From NCBI GenBank assembly GCA_946407375.1, contig CAMJNS010000002.1:28593-92592 (forward strand): DNA of 64,000 nucleotides. The letters are read 5' to 3'. The DNA comes from an uncultured bacterium (GTDB lineage Bacteria; Muiribacteriota; Ozemobacteria; Ozemobacterales; Ozemobacteraceae). The notes under the pieces were generated by a model that saw only the letters and a program-made list of their open reading frames with translations, had not been told where the DNA came from and searched no databases. The position numbers were made by a program, and so were the translations under genes. Below are positions 10,334 to 19,582 of this stretch, piece after piece (positions within the stretch are counted from its first letter, which is position 1; every line of letters starts with the position of its first letter).

Positions 10334-11413
10334 TTAAGCCTTACGCATTACGCAATATAATTTCTGATAATTTGCTTTGTGGTATCTTGGTTTTCTAAGC
10401 TTAGAAGAATTACTCATAGCTTGAACATTATTTCCGTTTTGCATAATAATACCAACATGTGTGGGGCCTTTACTCTTTTTCTTGTCTGTTTGTGTCCAGA
10501 AAATAACATCTCCAGCTTTGTAAGGTGGAACTTTTACTTTTTTCCAACCAGCCTGTTTTAAAAGACCAATAGTTTGTTTACAACCTGTACTAGTTTTCTT
10601 TAAAGCACCAGCTTTCTTTAAAACAGTAGTTGCTACATATGCACAACCTATTTTTCCGCCTTGTAATCTCTTGAGATATGGGAAAGAACCTGATTTAGAA
10701 TATTTCTTAACAACTTCTTTTGCAGCATTTACAATTTTACTTTGAAGTGTTCCGCCACTAGATTTTTTAGTACTAGTAGTCTTTTTTGCTGTTGTTGTTT
10801 TCTTTGTAGTTGTTTTAGTCTTAGTAGAAGTCTTCTTTTGTGAATCAGAAGTTTTTGTATCTTTTTGGAGAGTATAGTCTCCTGGATTATTAAAGGTAGT
10901 ATATTCGTAAATATCACTACTTTTATCGGTATTAGTATCTTTAGCAATGTATGCAGTATCAGAAGCAGTATTACTTTTATTAGAATTAGGAGAGTCAAAA
11001 ATGCACTTTCCATAAACCCAACCACTGCCTTTATCGCTTTCTATTTCATACCAATCACCATTGCGACTAACTATAATTACTTCATCATTATTATTTAAGT
11101 GAGCAAGAACTGTTCCAAAGGGTTCGTCTCTTAAAGACAAGAAAGAAGCAACCCCAACATATGCTTTTCCATTAGGGAGAGTAGCTAAGCCTGTTTCAGT
11201 TTTTGCAGTTGTTTGAGTTACATTTGCTGTGCTAGAAGTAGGAGAATTATAGACTTCACTTGAATCATTATCTATTAGTGTTGAATTGCTGGTATTAGAA
11301 CTTGCCGAATTAACCTTTGCCGAAGAAGCTGCTTTATCTAAACGCGGAAGGGCAGATTCAGCAGTAAATCCGAGAACACAAAAAAATATTGTTAATAATA
11401 TAATCTTTTTCAC
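10334..11413 (-). CDS. Secreted SH3b plus papain-like (NlpC/P60 or CHAP-like) cell-wall hydrolase candidate
   Basis: Signal peptide, SH3b (NGDWYEIESDKGSGWVYG), K/T-rich linker, and a C-terminal Cys...His pair (GKIGCAYVATT ... GPTHVGII). Confidence 0.5.
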   Translation of the reverse strand: MKKIILLTIFFCVLGFTAESALPRLDKAASSAKVNSASSNTSNSTLIDNDSSEVYNSPTSSTANVTQTTAKTETGLATLPNGKAYVGVASFLSLRDEPFGTVLAHLNNNDEVIIVSRNGDWYEIESDKGSGWVYGKCIFDSPNSNKSNTASDTAYIAKDTNTDKSSDIYEYTTFNNPGDYTLQKDTKTSDSQKKTSTKTKTTTKKTTTAKKTTSTKKSSGGTLQSKIVNAAKEVVKKYSKSGSFPYLKRLQGGKIGCAYVATTVLKKAGALKKTSTGCKQTIGLLKQAGWKKVKVPPYKAGDVIFWTQTDKKKSKGPTHVGIIMQNGNNVQAMSNSSKLRKPRYHKANYQKLYCVMRKA

Positions 11414-11579
11414 GTTATTCTCCTTTTATATATTTCACACAACCCAAAATTTTGCTCTGTATCTATTAATTCTAATTTATAATAAACAAGCTGTCAATGT
11501 ACCAATTCGTTTTTGAAAAATGTCATAACAACGATGAAGCCAACCGAATTTAACATTTACAAAGTCTAATTTTAAGTCA

Positions 11580-13367
11580 TCAAACAGATTCTCTGACGTT
11601 AAATTCTAACTTCCAGCGATGATCTCCATTAAGTTCTATACAATAAACTTCCAAAGTGCCTATTTCAGTAATTGCAACCTGTAGTTTAACATCAACAATG
11701 TCGCCAGGTTTCATTCCTTCATATGCTTCTAGTTCAAGTTTGAGAGAACTGGTATCTTCAAAGGTTTCATCCATATCTTCAAAGATTTCGCCAAAATTGT
11801 CTTCTCGTCTGCAATTGGATTTAAAGAACTTAAATTCAGCAGTTTTACCAATGCGTATTGCAAAAGTTCTTTCAGGAACATCCAATGTTGTGCCTTCTTC
11901 TGTTCCCTGTTTTGCAACACACAAAGCTTTTATAGGTGGTTTAAAACCAGGAATAGCTGGAATAGCAGATTCTACACCTAAATAGTATGACTGAGACACA
12001 CCGCCTCTGATACGTATTCCATGACCTTCGCTGACTGTTCCAAAATAAGTTGCACCTCTAGCAACAGCTTGAGATAGTTCAGCGCCTTCTAGAACTTTGA
12101 TGGGGTCTTTCCCTGCTTCTTTAAGCCAAGAATCAATAACTTCTATAAGCTTCTTCTTGAAGATTTCAGACTTGAAAACACCACCATTGAAAAGAATTGC
12201 TCTTGGGTAACCATAGGTCTTTGTGTCACTGTTCTGGCTTCGCAAGAACTTCGCTAGATGTCGAGTTATTGCCGGGTCGGCAGCATACATCAAGTTGATT
12301 TCTCTAACACCGCCTTCAGTAGCTTCAACAGGTGAATCTTCAAAAGAACACTGTGGGAAGAAACCTTCTAATAGAGTCTGGTCTATATCTTTGCGTTCTA
12401 TTGAGGTTTTTATTGTATTTGCAATAAGTGAACTACCGCGACCAGAAATTACAACTGGTGCAGATTCTTTTGATGTATCGGTCAGTAATTCTTCTTTGGC
12501 TTTTCTGCACTGATGACTTAATTGAATGGTCTGCCAATGGCTGACTTTTTTGTTGGCAGCTTCTAGCTTCTGGCGTGCAATATAAGCAAGAGTCAAATCC
12601 ATATTGTCGCCACCGAGTAGAATGTGATTACCGACAGCAACACGTTCAAGGCTTAAATCACCATTAGATTCGCCGATTTCAATTAAACTGAAGTCTGTTG
12701 TACCACCGCCAACGTCTACTACCAGAACGGTGTCACCTTTTGAAACCTGCTTGCGCCAAGGTTTTTCGTTCTGAGAAATCCATGAATAAAAAGCAGCCTG
12801 TGGTTCTTCCAACAATGTAATTGCTGGTAAACCTGCTTTTTTAGAAGCTTCAACTACTAAGTCTCTTGCGGCTGCATCAAAAGAAGCTGGTATTGTAACA
12901 ACAACTCTTTGATTTTCTAGTTTATCTTTTGGAAACTTGCGGTTCCAAGCCTCTCTGACATGGTTTAAAAACATTACCATTGCTTGGAATGGTGAAATTT
13001 TTTCAGCACCTTCGGGAGCATTCCATGGAAGAATTGCTTCTTTGCGGTTGATTCTTGGATTACAAAGCCAGGATTTTGCCGAAGAAATCAATCTGTCAGG
13101 AACTTCGGAACCTCTTTCTCTAGCATATTCACCGATTATAAATTTTGATTCCAAATCCCAATCTAATACTGGTTTTTCTTTGATTCTTTCAAAAATAAAA
13201 GATGGGAGAACTTCTAAGGCTTCAACAGCACCCTTAGCAAGTTCTTGAGCTATAGGAGCCAAACTTATTTCTGGTTTTTCGTCTTCCTTAACTGCTAATG
13301 GAGCATACCCCACCACAATATTAGTTGTTCCTAAGTCTATACCTACAATATACTTTTGTTTTGCCAT
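11580..13367 (-). CDS. Atypical Hsp70-family ATPase (non-DnaK)
   Basis: IVGIDLGTTN, VVTIPASFD, VVDVGGGTTDFSLIE, LFNGGV actin-like ATPase motifs. Start moved to the ATG at 13367, which has an AAGGAG RBS 7 nt upstream (the ORF track starts at 13427). Confidence 0.8.
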   Translation of the reverse strand: MAKQKYIVGIDLGTTNIVVGYAPLAVKEDEKPEISLAPIAQELAKGAVEALEVLPSFIFERIKEKPVLDWDLESKFIIGEYARERGSEVPDRLISSAKSWLCNPRINRKEAILPWNAPEGAEKISPFQAMVMFLNHVREAWNRKFPKDKLENQRVVVTIPASFDAAARDLVVEASKKAGLPAITLLEEPQAAFYSWISQNEKPWRKQVSKGDTVLVVDVGGGTTDFSLIEIGESNGDLSLERVAVGNHILLGGDNMDLTLAYIARQKLEAANKKVSHWQTIQLSHQCRKAKEELLTDTSKESAPVVISGRGSSLIANTIKTSIERKDIDQTLLEGFFPQCSFEDSPVEATEGGVREINLMYAADPAITRHLAKFLRSQNSDTKTYGYPRAILFNGGVFKSEIFKKKLIEVIDSWLKEAGKDPIKVLEGAELSQAVARGATYFGTVSEGHGIRIRGGVSQSYYLGVESAIPAIPGFKPPIKALCVAKQGTEEGTTLDVPERTFAIRIGKTAEFKFFKSNCRREDNFGEIFEDMDETFEDTSSLKLELEAYEGMKPGDIVDVKLQVAITEIGTLEVYCIELNGDHRWKLEFNVRESV

Positions 13368-13462
13368 GGGGAAACTCCTTAAGATTGCTTTATTTATTAG
13401 ATTACAACCTATTCTGCAAATAGTCAAATTATGACAATAAAATCATGGAAAAAACAGCAAGT

Positions 13463-14083
13463 TTATTTGCTAAGTGTTATTTCGCTAGATAAATGTTCTA
13501 AACCTAATAAACCAGGCTTTGTTTCAAATTCAATCATATTGTTTGAGGAAAATTTTGTATATATTGATTCTGATATTTCTAATTTACAATAACTATTCTT
13601 TTCTTTCCAATTTTCTAAATCAAAGTAATAGTATCGGGGAGAATTCATCTTTTTTACTCCTACTTCTATGCGTTTGCCGATTATTTTTGTTTTTATTTTT
13701 TTGCTTTCAGAAAAATCAAGTCTTCCATTTATTTCACAAAGAAGGATACAATTTAAATAAAAAGAACATATCAAGCCCGCTATTAATAGACAAAGACCGT
13801 CTTTGGAATCAAACATGTCTTCTGAATAATCAGTTAATTTTTTCTTTCTATTTCTGATAAAGTAAAAAATACTAGCTTCAATAATAGTGATGATAATTGC
13901 TATAATATATATATTCAAACCTCTATTAATTATTTGAATACCAGTATTAGCAAAATAAAAATAAGAAATAGCATAAACAATTATACATACAGCCAAACCT
14001 ATCAAGAAACCAATCCAACCACTATTTTCTCCAAAAGATCCATTATCTGAAAAATCAGCAGGATCAAATTCCATGCGCTTCAT
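13463..14083 (-). CDS. Multi-pass membrane protein, unknown function
   Basis: 206 aa, about 3-4 hydrophobic helices plus a soluble C-terminal region. Sandwiched between the Hsp70 and DUF2760 genes. Confidence 0.5.
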   Translation of the reverse strand: MKRMEFDPADFSDNGSFGENSGWIGFLIGLAVCIIVYAISYFYFANTGIQIINRGLNIYIIAIIITIIEASIFYFIRNRKKKLTDYSEDMFDSKDGLCLLIAGLICSFYLNCILLCEINGRLDFSESKKIKTKIIGKRIEVGVKKMNSPRYYYFDLENWKEKNSYCKLEISESIYTKFSSNNMIEFETKPGLLGLEHLSSEITLSK

Positions 14084-14146
14084 TTTTATCTCCGAAAAAA
14101 AAATACTTTTATGCTCTTAACTTTTGAAAAAAGGCAATACCTTTTT

Positions 14147-15283
14147 TCAGCTTATTTCTATTTCGGCAGGAGCAATTACGTTGCCTTTCCAACCATCAAC
14201 AAGTTCTGGCAAATTACATTCTTTAAGACGCCAACCATGATGAATGAGCTCACCTTTGTATGGTCCTGATTCTGGAACTGTGCCAGAAAGTTTGATTGTT
14301 TCAGGGTCAGCTTCATCGACAGTAACAACGCTGCCTTCTTCTTCCTTTAAAACAGGTTCAACAACAAGACGGTCTTTTAGTAATTTTGCACAACCTTCTA
14401 AAACAGGTCTGACGGCACCGCCCAAATCTTCATCTTCAATACCAGAAATATCTTCGTTTAAAAGGTCGATTAAGCGCCCTTCTTTCTGCAACAAATAAAG
14501 AATCTGATAAGCTGCTGGCGGAATAGCTTCTTTACCACCTTTTACATTTGCTGCTGCAGCCTTGAGTTCTTCACTTTGTTCTTCGATTTGTTTACCAAGT
14601 TCAATTATTTTTGCTTTTAATTCATCTTTTTCGGTATCAGAAGCTTTTAGTTTGGAATTAAGTTTATCAACTTCTCGTCTAATGCCTTTATTGTCTTTTT
14701 CTAGGTTTTCAGCTTTACTGCTAACAGCTTCTGCTTCTGCTTTTAACTTGTCAAATTCTTCAGTTTTGTTTTGTAAATTTGTTTTGTTGTCTTCAACTTC
14801 CTTTTTAGCTTCATCAAGGCTTAATTGCAATTGATTTATCTTTTCAGAATCTACTTTATTAGCTTCAAGCTGTGTTTTCAGTTCTTCGCCAGCTTTATTG
14901 CTTTCATCTAGCTTTACCTGAATTTGTTCAAGTTCTTTTACTTTTACATCAAATTCTTCATCTGTATGAATTTGCTTTTTGGTTTTATCTGACAAAGTCA
15001 ATAAAACTAAAATCAGAGTCAATACCATATAAGCAGCTCCAAAACCTATAGGAACCGAATATTCTTTAAGTCTTTCAGAAAATCGTTCTATAGCTTCTCT
15101 CTTATTAGGTGAAGGTACACATCCACCAGGCATAATTTCTTGAGTATTGCCTTCTGCAAAACCTGGAACAGAAGAATTGCTACCAGATGATTCTATTCCA
15201 AAAACATCTTTGTTTAAATAAACTATAGTGCCAATAAATGCTAAAGTTAAGAGCAAAAGTAATATAGCGGTCAGTTTCTTCAT
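14147..15283 (-). CDS. Membrane-anchored coiled-coil protein with a C-terminal DUF2760 domain
   Basis: C-terminus YQILYLLQKEGRLIDLLNEDISG...LGGAVRPVLEGC...EPV...EEGSVVTV...IKLSGTV...GELIHHGWR matches my recollection of the DUF2760 consensus. A long E/K-rich coiled coil precedes it. Confidence 0.65.
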   Translation of the reverse strand: MKKLTAILLLLLTLAFIGTIVYLNKDVFGIESSGSNSSVPGFAEGNTQEIMPGGCVPSPNKREAIERFSERLKEYSVPIGFGAAYMVLTLILVLLTLSDKTKKQIHTDEEFDVKVKELEQIQVKLDESNKAGEELKTQLEANKVDSEKINQLQLSLDEAKKEVEDNKTNLQNKTEEFDKLKAEAEAVSSKAENLEKDNKGIRREVDKLNSKLKASDTEKDELKAKIIELGKQIEEQSEELKAAAANVKGGKEAIPPAAYQILYLLQKEGRLIDLLNEDISGIEDEDLGGAVRPVLEGCAKLLKDRLVVEPVLKEEEGSVVTVDEADPETIKLSGTVPESGPYKGELIHHGWRLKECNLPELVDGWKGNVIAPAEIEIS

Positions 15284-15465
15284 TAAAAACCTCTGATTTA
15301 TATTCTACGATAACTATAACCTACAATTAATTTTACTAATAGTCAATCATCTAATACCCAAGACAATCGCATAGATTATTATTTTTTTATTACTCCTAGT
15401 GTTTTTTGCAAAAAAAACGCCTCTTCCTAATTTTATGTTAGAAAGAGGCATTTTGTGTACTTAAA

Positions 15466-16515
15466 TCAGTTTGCTTGTTCTTCTTTAGAAGGAATATTGT
15501 CTCCAGAATCTTTTTCTATCTTCAATACTTTTAAACCATATTTTTCAACAATAGCCTTTACAATTATAAAATGTCCTTTTTTACAGTTCTGCAACAACCA
15601 TTTTCTTTCTTCTCTTGGAAGATCTGATATAGAAAGACTTATAGAATTAAGTCTATCAGCAAAAAAGTCACTTTTATATAAATAATATTTATCATCATAA
15701 AGATTTCTACAAAAACCTTTTATCTTAATTTTTTTTCCAATATAAGAATCTTTATCTATAATAAAATCATCATAATTTACACATTCATCATTTTTATTTA
15801 TTTGTTCATCATTAGCTTCTTTTATTTTTAAAACTATTAAATCATGTTTTCCGACTACAGCTTTTATTGTTATAAATACTCCCTTTTTACAGTTTTCTAA
15901 CAACCATTTTCTTGAATTCCTTGAAAGTTTTGTTGTAGAAAGTCTTATAGCTTTAGATCTATCTTCAATTTGATCGCTCTTAAATAAGAAATATTTATCA
16001 TTAATATTATTCCTACAAAAACCATTAATTGTAATTATTTTTCCAATATAAGAATCTTTATCTAGCAAAAAGTCATCATAATAAATTAGTCTAGTAGTTT
16101 TCTTCTGGAGCTGATTTGTATTTGTATTTATATTTGTATTAACTTGTTCATAATTACTTGCTTCTTGTATTTCTAAAACTTTTAAACCATAATCTTCAAC
16201 AATAGCTTTCAAAGTTATAACAAGTCCATTTTTACTTTCTTTAGACAACCATTCTTTTGTTTCCTTTGAAAGTTCTGAAATATTTAGATTTATTACTCTA
16301 GACCTGTCTTCAAATTCATCACTTTTGTATAAATAATATTTGACATCATGTGGATTTCTACAAAAGCCTTTTATCGTAATAGTCTTACCTTTTAACAAAT
16401 CTTTATCTAGTAAAAAATCATCATAGCTTATATTTTCTATATTCTGTGCAAAACCAACATTAACAAAACACATATAAAACATAATAAAAAAAATAAACAC
16501 TAGTTTTTTCTTCAT
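15466..16515 (-). CDS. Secreted protein built of three tandem modules of about 110 aa each
   Basis: Three copies of YDDF(L/I)(L/I)DKD...G(K)xIT/KI(K/N)GFCRN...KY(Y/F)L(Y/F)KSD...DR...KWL..NCKKG..I(T/I)(I/V)KA(V/I)V. Start moved to the ATG at 16515 (GGAGGA RBS, signal peptide). Confidence 0.6.
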   Translation of the reverse strand: MKKKLVFIFFIMFYMCFVNVGFAQNIENISYDDFLLDKDLLKGKTITIKGFCRNPHDVKYYLYKSDEFEDRSRVINLNISELSKETKEWLSKESKNGLVITLKAIVEDYGLKVLEIQEASNYEQVNTNINTNTNQLQKKTTRLIYYDDFLLDKDSYIGKIITINGFCRNNINDKYFLFKSDQIEDRSKAIRLSTTKLSRNSRKWLLENCKKGVFITIKAVVGKHDLIVLKIKEANDEQINKNDECVNYDDFIIDKDSYIGKKIKIKGFCRNLYDDKYYLYKSDFFADRLNSISLSISDLPREERKWLLQNCKKGHFIIVKAIVEKYGLKVLKIEKDSGDNIPSKEEQAN

Positions 16516-16770
16516 TTCATTCCTCCATAAATTAAACAATAAAACCACTCAAACCCAACTCCTATCATTATTCTTTGCTTTAGCAAACATCATTGGCTAG
16601 CAAAACATAATTGGAATTATTTAAACGTCAAATTAATAAATATACATATATAATCTCTTACTTTTTTAAGTGTTTAGCAAGAAAAATCTAAAATCATTGA
16701 TAAAATAAATCAACTACAAATTTTCTTTTTAAAGGCTGCCTAAAAAACTCTATTTTTTCATATTTTATGA

Positions 16771-17262
16771 TTAACCTAATTTTAGGTTTTTGTTATTTTC
16801 AATTCTGTAATAAATAAACTGATCATCTTTTCTGATTGCTTTAAAACGAACTTTTTCAAGAACATGTTGGCTACGTGTATTTTTTATTATAGTATCAGCA
16901 TTTATAGCAACCATTCCTAATTTTTCAAAGGCATATTTAACAGCTTTTTGTTCGGCTTGAGTTCCATAACCTTTGTTTTTTACCTTATTGTTTTGCATAT
17001 GAATGCTTAGAGTACATTCTTTGTTATCTCTGTCAATCTTTTTCAAATGTATTTCGCCAATAGGTTTACCGCCTAGCATTATCGAAAACAAAATTCTAGA
17101 AGGATTCTGTTTTGAATCAAAGTATGAATCAACATTGGCTTTGTTATACTTAAAAGGTTTAAACATAGACATATCCATAAAGATAGAATCATCGTTTTCC
17201 CAATCTTTATACAACTCATGACATAATTCTCTTGTCATTGTTTTTAATTCAATTTTTTCCAT
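16771..17262 (-). CDS. GNAT family N-acetyltransferase (RimJ/RimL-like)
   Basis: 163 aa. Acetyl-CoA binding region ...NKGYGTQAEQKAVKYAFEKLG.... Confidence 0.7.
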   Translation of the reverse strand: MEKIELKTMTRELCHELYKDWENDDSIFMDMSMFKPFKYNKANVDSYFDSKQNPSRILFSIMLGGKPIGEIHLKKIDRDNKECTLSIHMQNNKVKNKGYGTQAEQKAVKYAFEKLGMVAINADTIIKNTRSQHVLEKVRFKAIRKDDQFIYYRIENNKNLKLG

Positions 17263-17398
17263 GTTTTATATTTTACAACCTAAATACCAAAATGATTCAA
17301 AGTTTTTACCTAATAGTAAGAGTTTTAAAGCAACATTATTTGTTTATGCAGATTTTTTATAACTCATTGTATAATTTTAATACATTTAACTTTTTTTG

Positions 17399-17427
17399 TT
17401 GACTTTGTGAAAAATTTCTCTTATATA
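17399..17427 (+). promoter_or_regulatory. Sigma-70-like promoter
   Basis: TTGACT (17399-17404), 17-nt spacer, TATATA (17422-17427), about 40 nt upstream of the 17469 start. Confidence 0.45.
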
Positions 17428-17468
17428 CTTCGTGGTATAAAAAAATAGTCACAGCAAAGGTTACTGAA

Positions 17469-18101
17469 ATGAATATTAGTTTTGTAGACATTATCGATTA
17501 TGTTGGAACATTCGCTTTTGCCACAAGCGGAATAAGACTTGCTTCCAAAAAGAATTTCGACTTATTCGGCGCATTGATAGTCGGTTTTGTTACCGCAGTA
17601 GGCGGAGGTACCCTTCGTGATATTATGCTAGGGAAAACTCCTTTTTGGTTTACTCAAAACTCTTACATTATCATTACAATTCTTGCTTTAATATTCTTTG
17701 TGCTATTCCATAAATATATATCCAAAATAGGTACAACCCTATTTTTATTTGATACTATAGGTATTGGTCTGTTCACTGTTGTTGGTTTTCATAAATCGGT
17801 TGAATGTGGTTGTTCTCTATGGGTATCTACCATTATGGCAATGTTTACTGGTGCAGCCGGTGGCGTTATAAGAGACATATTATTAAATGAAGTCCCACTT
17901 ATTTTCAGAAGAGATATTTATGCTTTAGCCTGCTGGTTTGGCGGTCTTGTCTATTTAATTGGAATAAGGCTGCATATGCCAGAATTAATTACCCAAATTG
18001 CTTGTGCCACCACTGTTATTACCATTAGAATCTGTGCCGTAACCTACCACTGGCGTATGTTCGTATTAAGAGGTCATCAAAGACCAGCGATAGCAAAATA
18101 A
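17469..18101 (+). CDS. TRIC/UPF0126 family membrane protein (YadS-like cation channel)
   Basis: Two UPF0126 repeats with GTFAFATSG...GGGTLRD and FTGAAGGVIRD motifs, about 7 TM helices. Confidence 0.7.
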   Translation: MNISFVDIIDYVGTFAFATSGIRLASKKNFDLFGALIVGFVTAVGGGTLRDIMLGKTPFWFTQNSYIIITILALIFFVLFHKYISKIGTTLFLFDTIGIGLFTVVGFHKSVECGCSLWVSTIMAMFTGAAGGVIRDILLNEVPLIFRRDIYALACWFGGLVYLIGIRLHMPELITQIACATTVITIRICAVTYHWRMFVLRGHQRPAIAK

Positions 18102-18199
18102 GTTCTGATTGCCAAAGGAATATATTTAGTTTTTACTCTGCTTAAAACTTGAAAAATAAGCATATTTTTTATACTCTTTTCAAGAGAGGCTTAAACAAT

Positions 18200-19075
18200 A
18201 TGCAAAAATTTATTTCCATTTTTATTATTTTTTCTTTAACAGTTCTTTTGCTTGGTTGTTCTTTTCACAGTCACCATAATCATGATGATAAAACCAACTT
18301 AATCACAATAGACAATAATGGAAATCTAAAATGTTATTTATCAGAAAATGTAACTCTTGAAATGAAGCGATGTCCCGCAGGAACATTCCTAATGGGAAGC
18401 CCAGATACAGAATTAAATCATGCTGAAGATGAAGTGCAACATTCAGTAACGATTAGCAATGATTTTTACATGGGAATTTTCGAAGTAACAAACGAGCAAT
18501 ATAAAGCAATAATGGGAACTACAACTTCACAGTTGAACCTTGATGATAAATTTCCTGTAGAATCTATAAGTTGGGATTCTATTAACGATAAAAACGGTTT
18601 TATTGCAAAACTAAACGATAAGTTTTCATCATATTTGCCATCTGGTTATAAGTTTTCGTTACCAACAGAAGCACAATGGGAATATGCTTGCCGAGCTGGA
18701 ACTCAAAGCCAGTTAAATTACGTTGAAGATAATACTAAAAATTACGATGATGCAGTAAATGTAGGAGCTGTCGCCTGGTATAGCGATAACTCAGGCGGAA
18801 CAACCCATGAAGTTGGAAAAAAGAAAGCTAATGCCTGGGGTTTATATGATATGCACGGCAATATATTAGAATGGTGTCTTGATTCAACTAGTGGAGAACC
18901 ATTTGGTAGCGAAGCTGTTACCGATCCTCTTGGAACAACAGGACCATACAAAATTATGCGTGGAAGTGCCTGGAAATTAGATGCAATAATGTGTCGTTTA
19001 GCCCATCGTTTCGGAGCTGACCCAAGCAAATTCAGCAATTTTGTTGGTTTCCGCCTGGCCATTGTTAAACTTTAA
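18200..19075 (+). CDS. Formylglycine-generating-enzyme (SUMF1/FGE) family lipoprotein
   Basis: Lipobox LLLGC after the ATG at 18200. EAQWEYACRAGT, THEVGKKKANAWGLYDMHGNILEW, RGSAW motifs. The ORF track starts at a TTG at 18149. Confidence 0.75.
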   Translation: MQKFISIFIIFSLTVLLLGCSFHSHHNHDDKTNLITIDNNGNLKCYLSENVTLEMKRCPAGTFLMGSPDTELNHAEDEVQHSVTISNDFYMGIFEVTNEQYKAIMGTTTSQLNLDDKFPVESISWDSINDKNGFIAKLNDKFSSYLPSGYKFSLPTEAQWEYACRAGTQSQLNYVEDNTKNYDDAVNVGAVAWYSDNSGGTTHEVGKKKANAWGLYDMHGNILEWCLDSTSGEPFGSEAVTDPLGTTGPYKIMRGSAWKLDAIMCRLAHRFGADPSKFSNFVGFRLAIVKL

Positions 19076-19118
19076 TTTTGATGAAACCCCTGATTGCTTC
19101 AAGGAATATTATTAACTT

Positions 19119-19559
19119 TTGAACTTGCACATAAAAAAATTTGAAGAATTAACAAATATTGAATTGTATAATCTGCTTAAATTGCGGGTTGATGTTTTTG
19201 TTGTTGAACAAAACTGCCCTTATAAAGAATTGGATGATTTAGACCAGAATGCGTTACATCTTTGGTTAGAAGAAGAAAATAATATTATCGCTTATTTAAG
19301 AATACTCGACAGAGGTGTAGAAAGCCAATTTGTTTCTATTGGCAGAGTTATTACTTCAAAAAGAAATTGCGGTTATGGAAAACTTATACTAGAAGCAGGA
19401 ATAAAAGCTGCAGTAGAACGTTTTAATGCAGATAAGATTTATATAGAAGCTCAAACTTACGCAAAAGCTTTCTATGAAAAATCTGGTTTTAAACAGATTT
19501 CCGAAGAATTCATCATGGATAGTATTCCGCATATAAAAATGCTTTGGACGAAAGAATAA
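19119..19559 (+). CDS. GNAT acetyltransferase, ElaA-like
   Basis: FEELTNIELYNLLKLRVDVFVVEQNCPYKELDDLD...HL pattern typical of ElaA. TTG start. Confidence 0.7.
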   Translation: MNLHIKKFEELTNIELYNLLKLRVDVFVVEQNCPYKELDDLDQNALHLWLEEENNIIAYLRILDRGVESQFVSIGRVITSKRNCGYGKLILEAGIKAAVERFNADKIYIEAQTYAKAFYEKSGFKQISEEFIMDSIPHIKMLWTKE

Positions 19560-19582
19560 GCTTTTTATAAACAGAGTTTACT

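Noticed and set aside
13368-13427. Longer N-terminal extensions given by the ORF track for Hsp70 (13427), the triple-module protein (16548), the FGE lipoprotein (18149), gyrB (33492) and rpn (34711)
   Set aside because: In each case an internal ATG is preceded by a good Shine-Dalgarno sequence (AAGGAG or GGAGGA). That ATG also yields the canonical family N-terminus or a signal peptide. The upstream extensions use TTG or lack an RBS.
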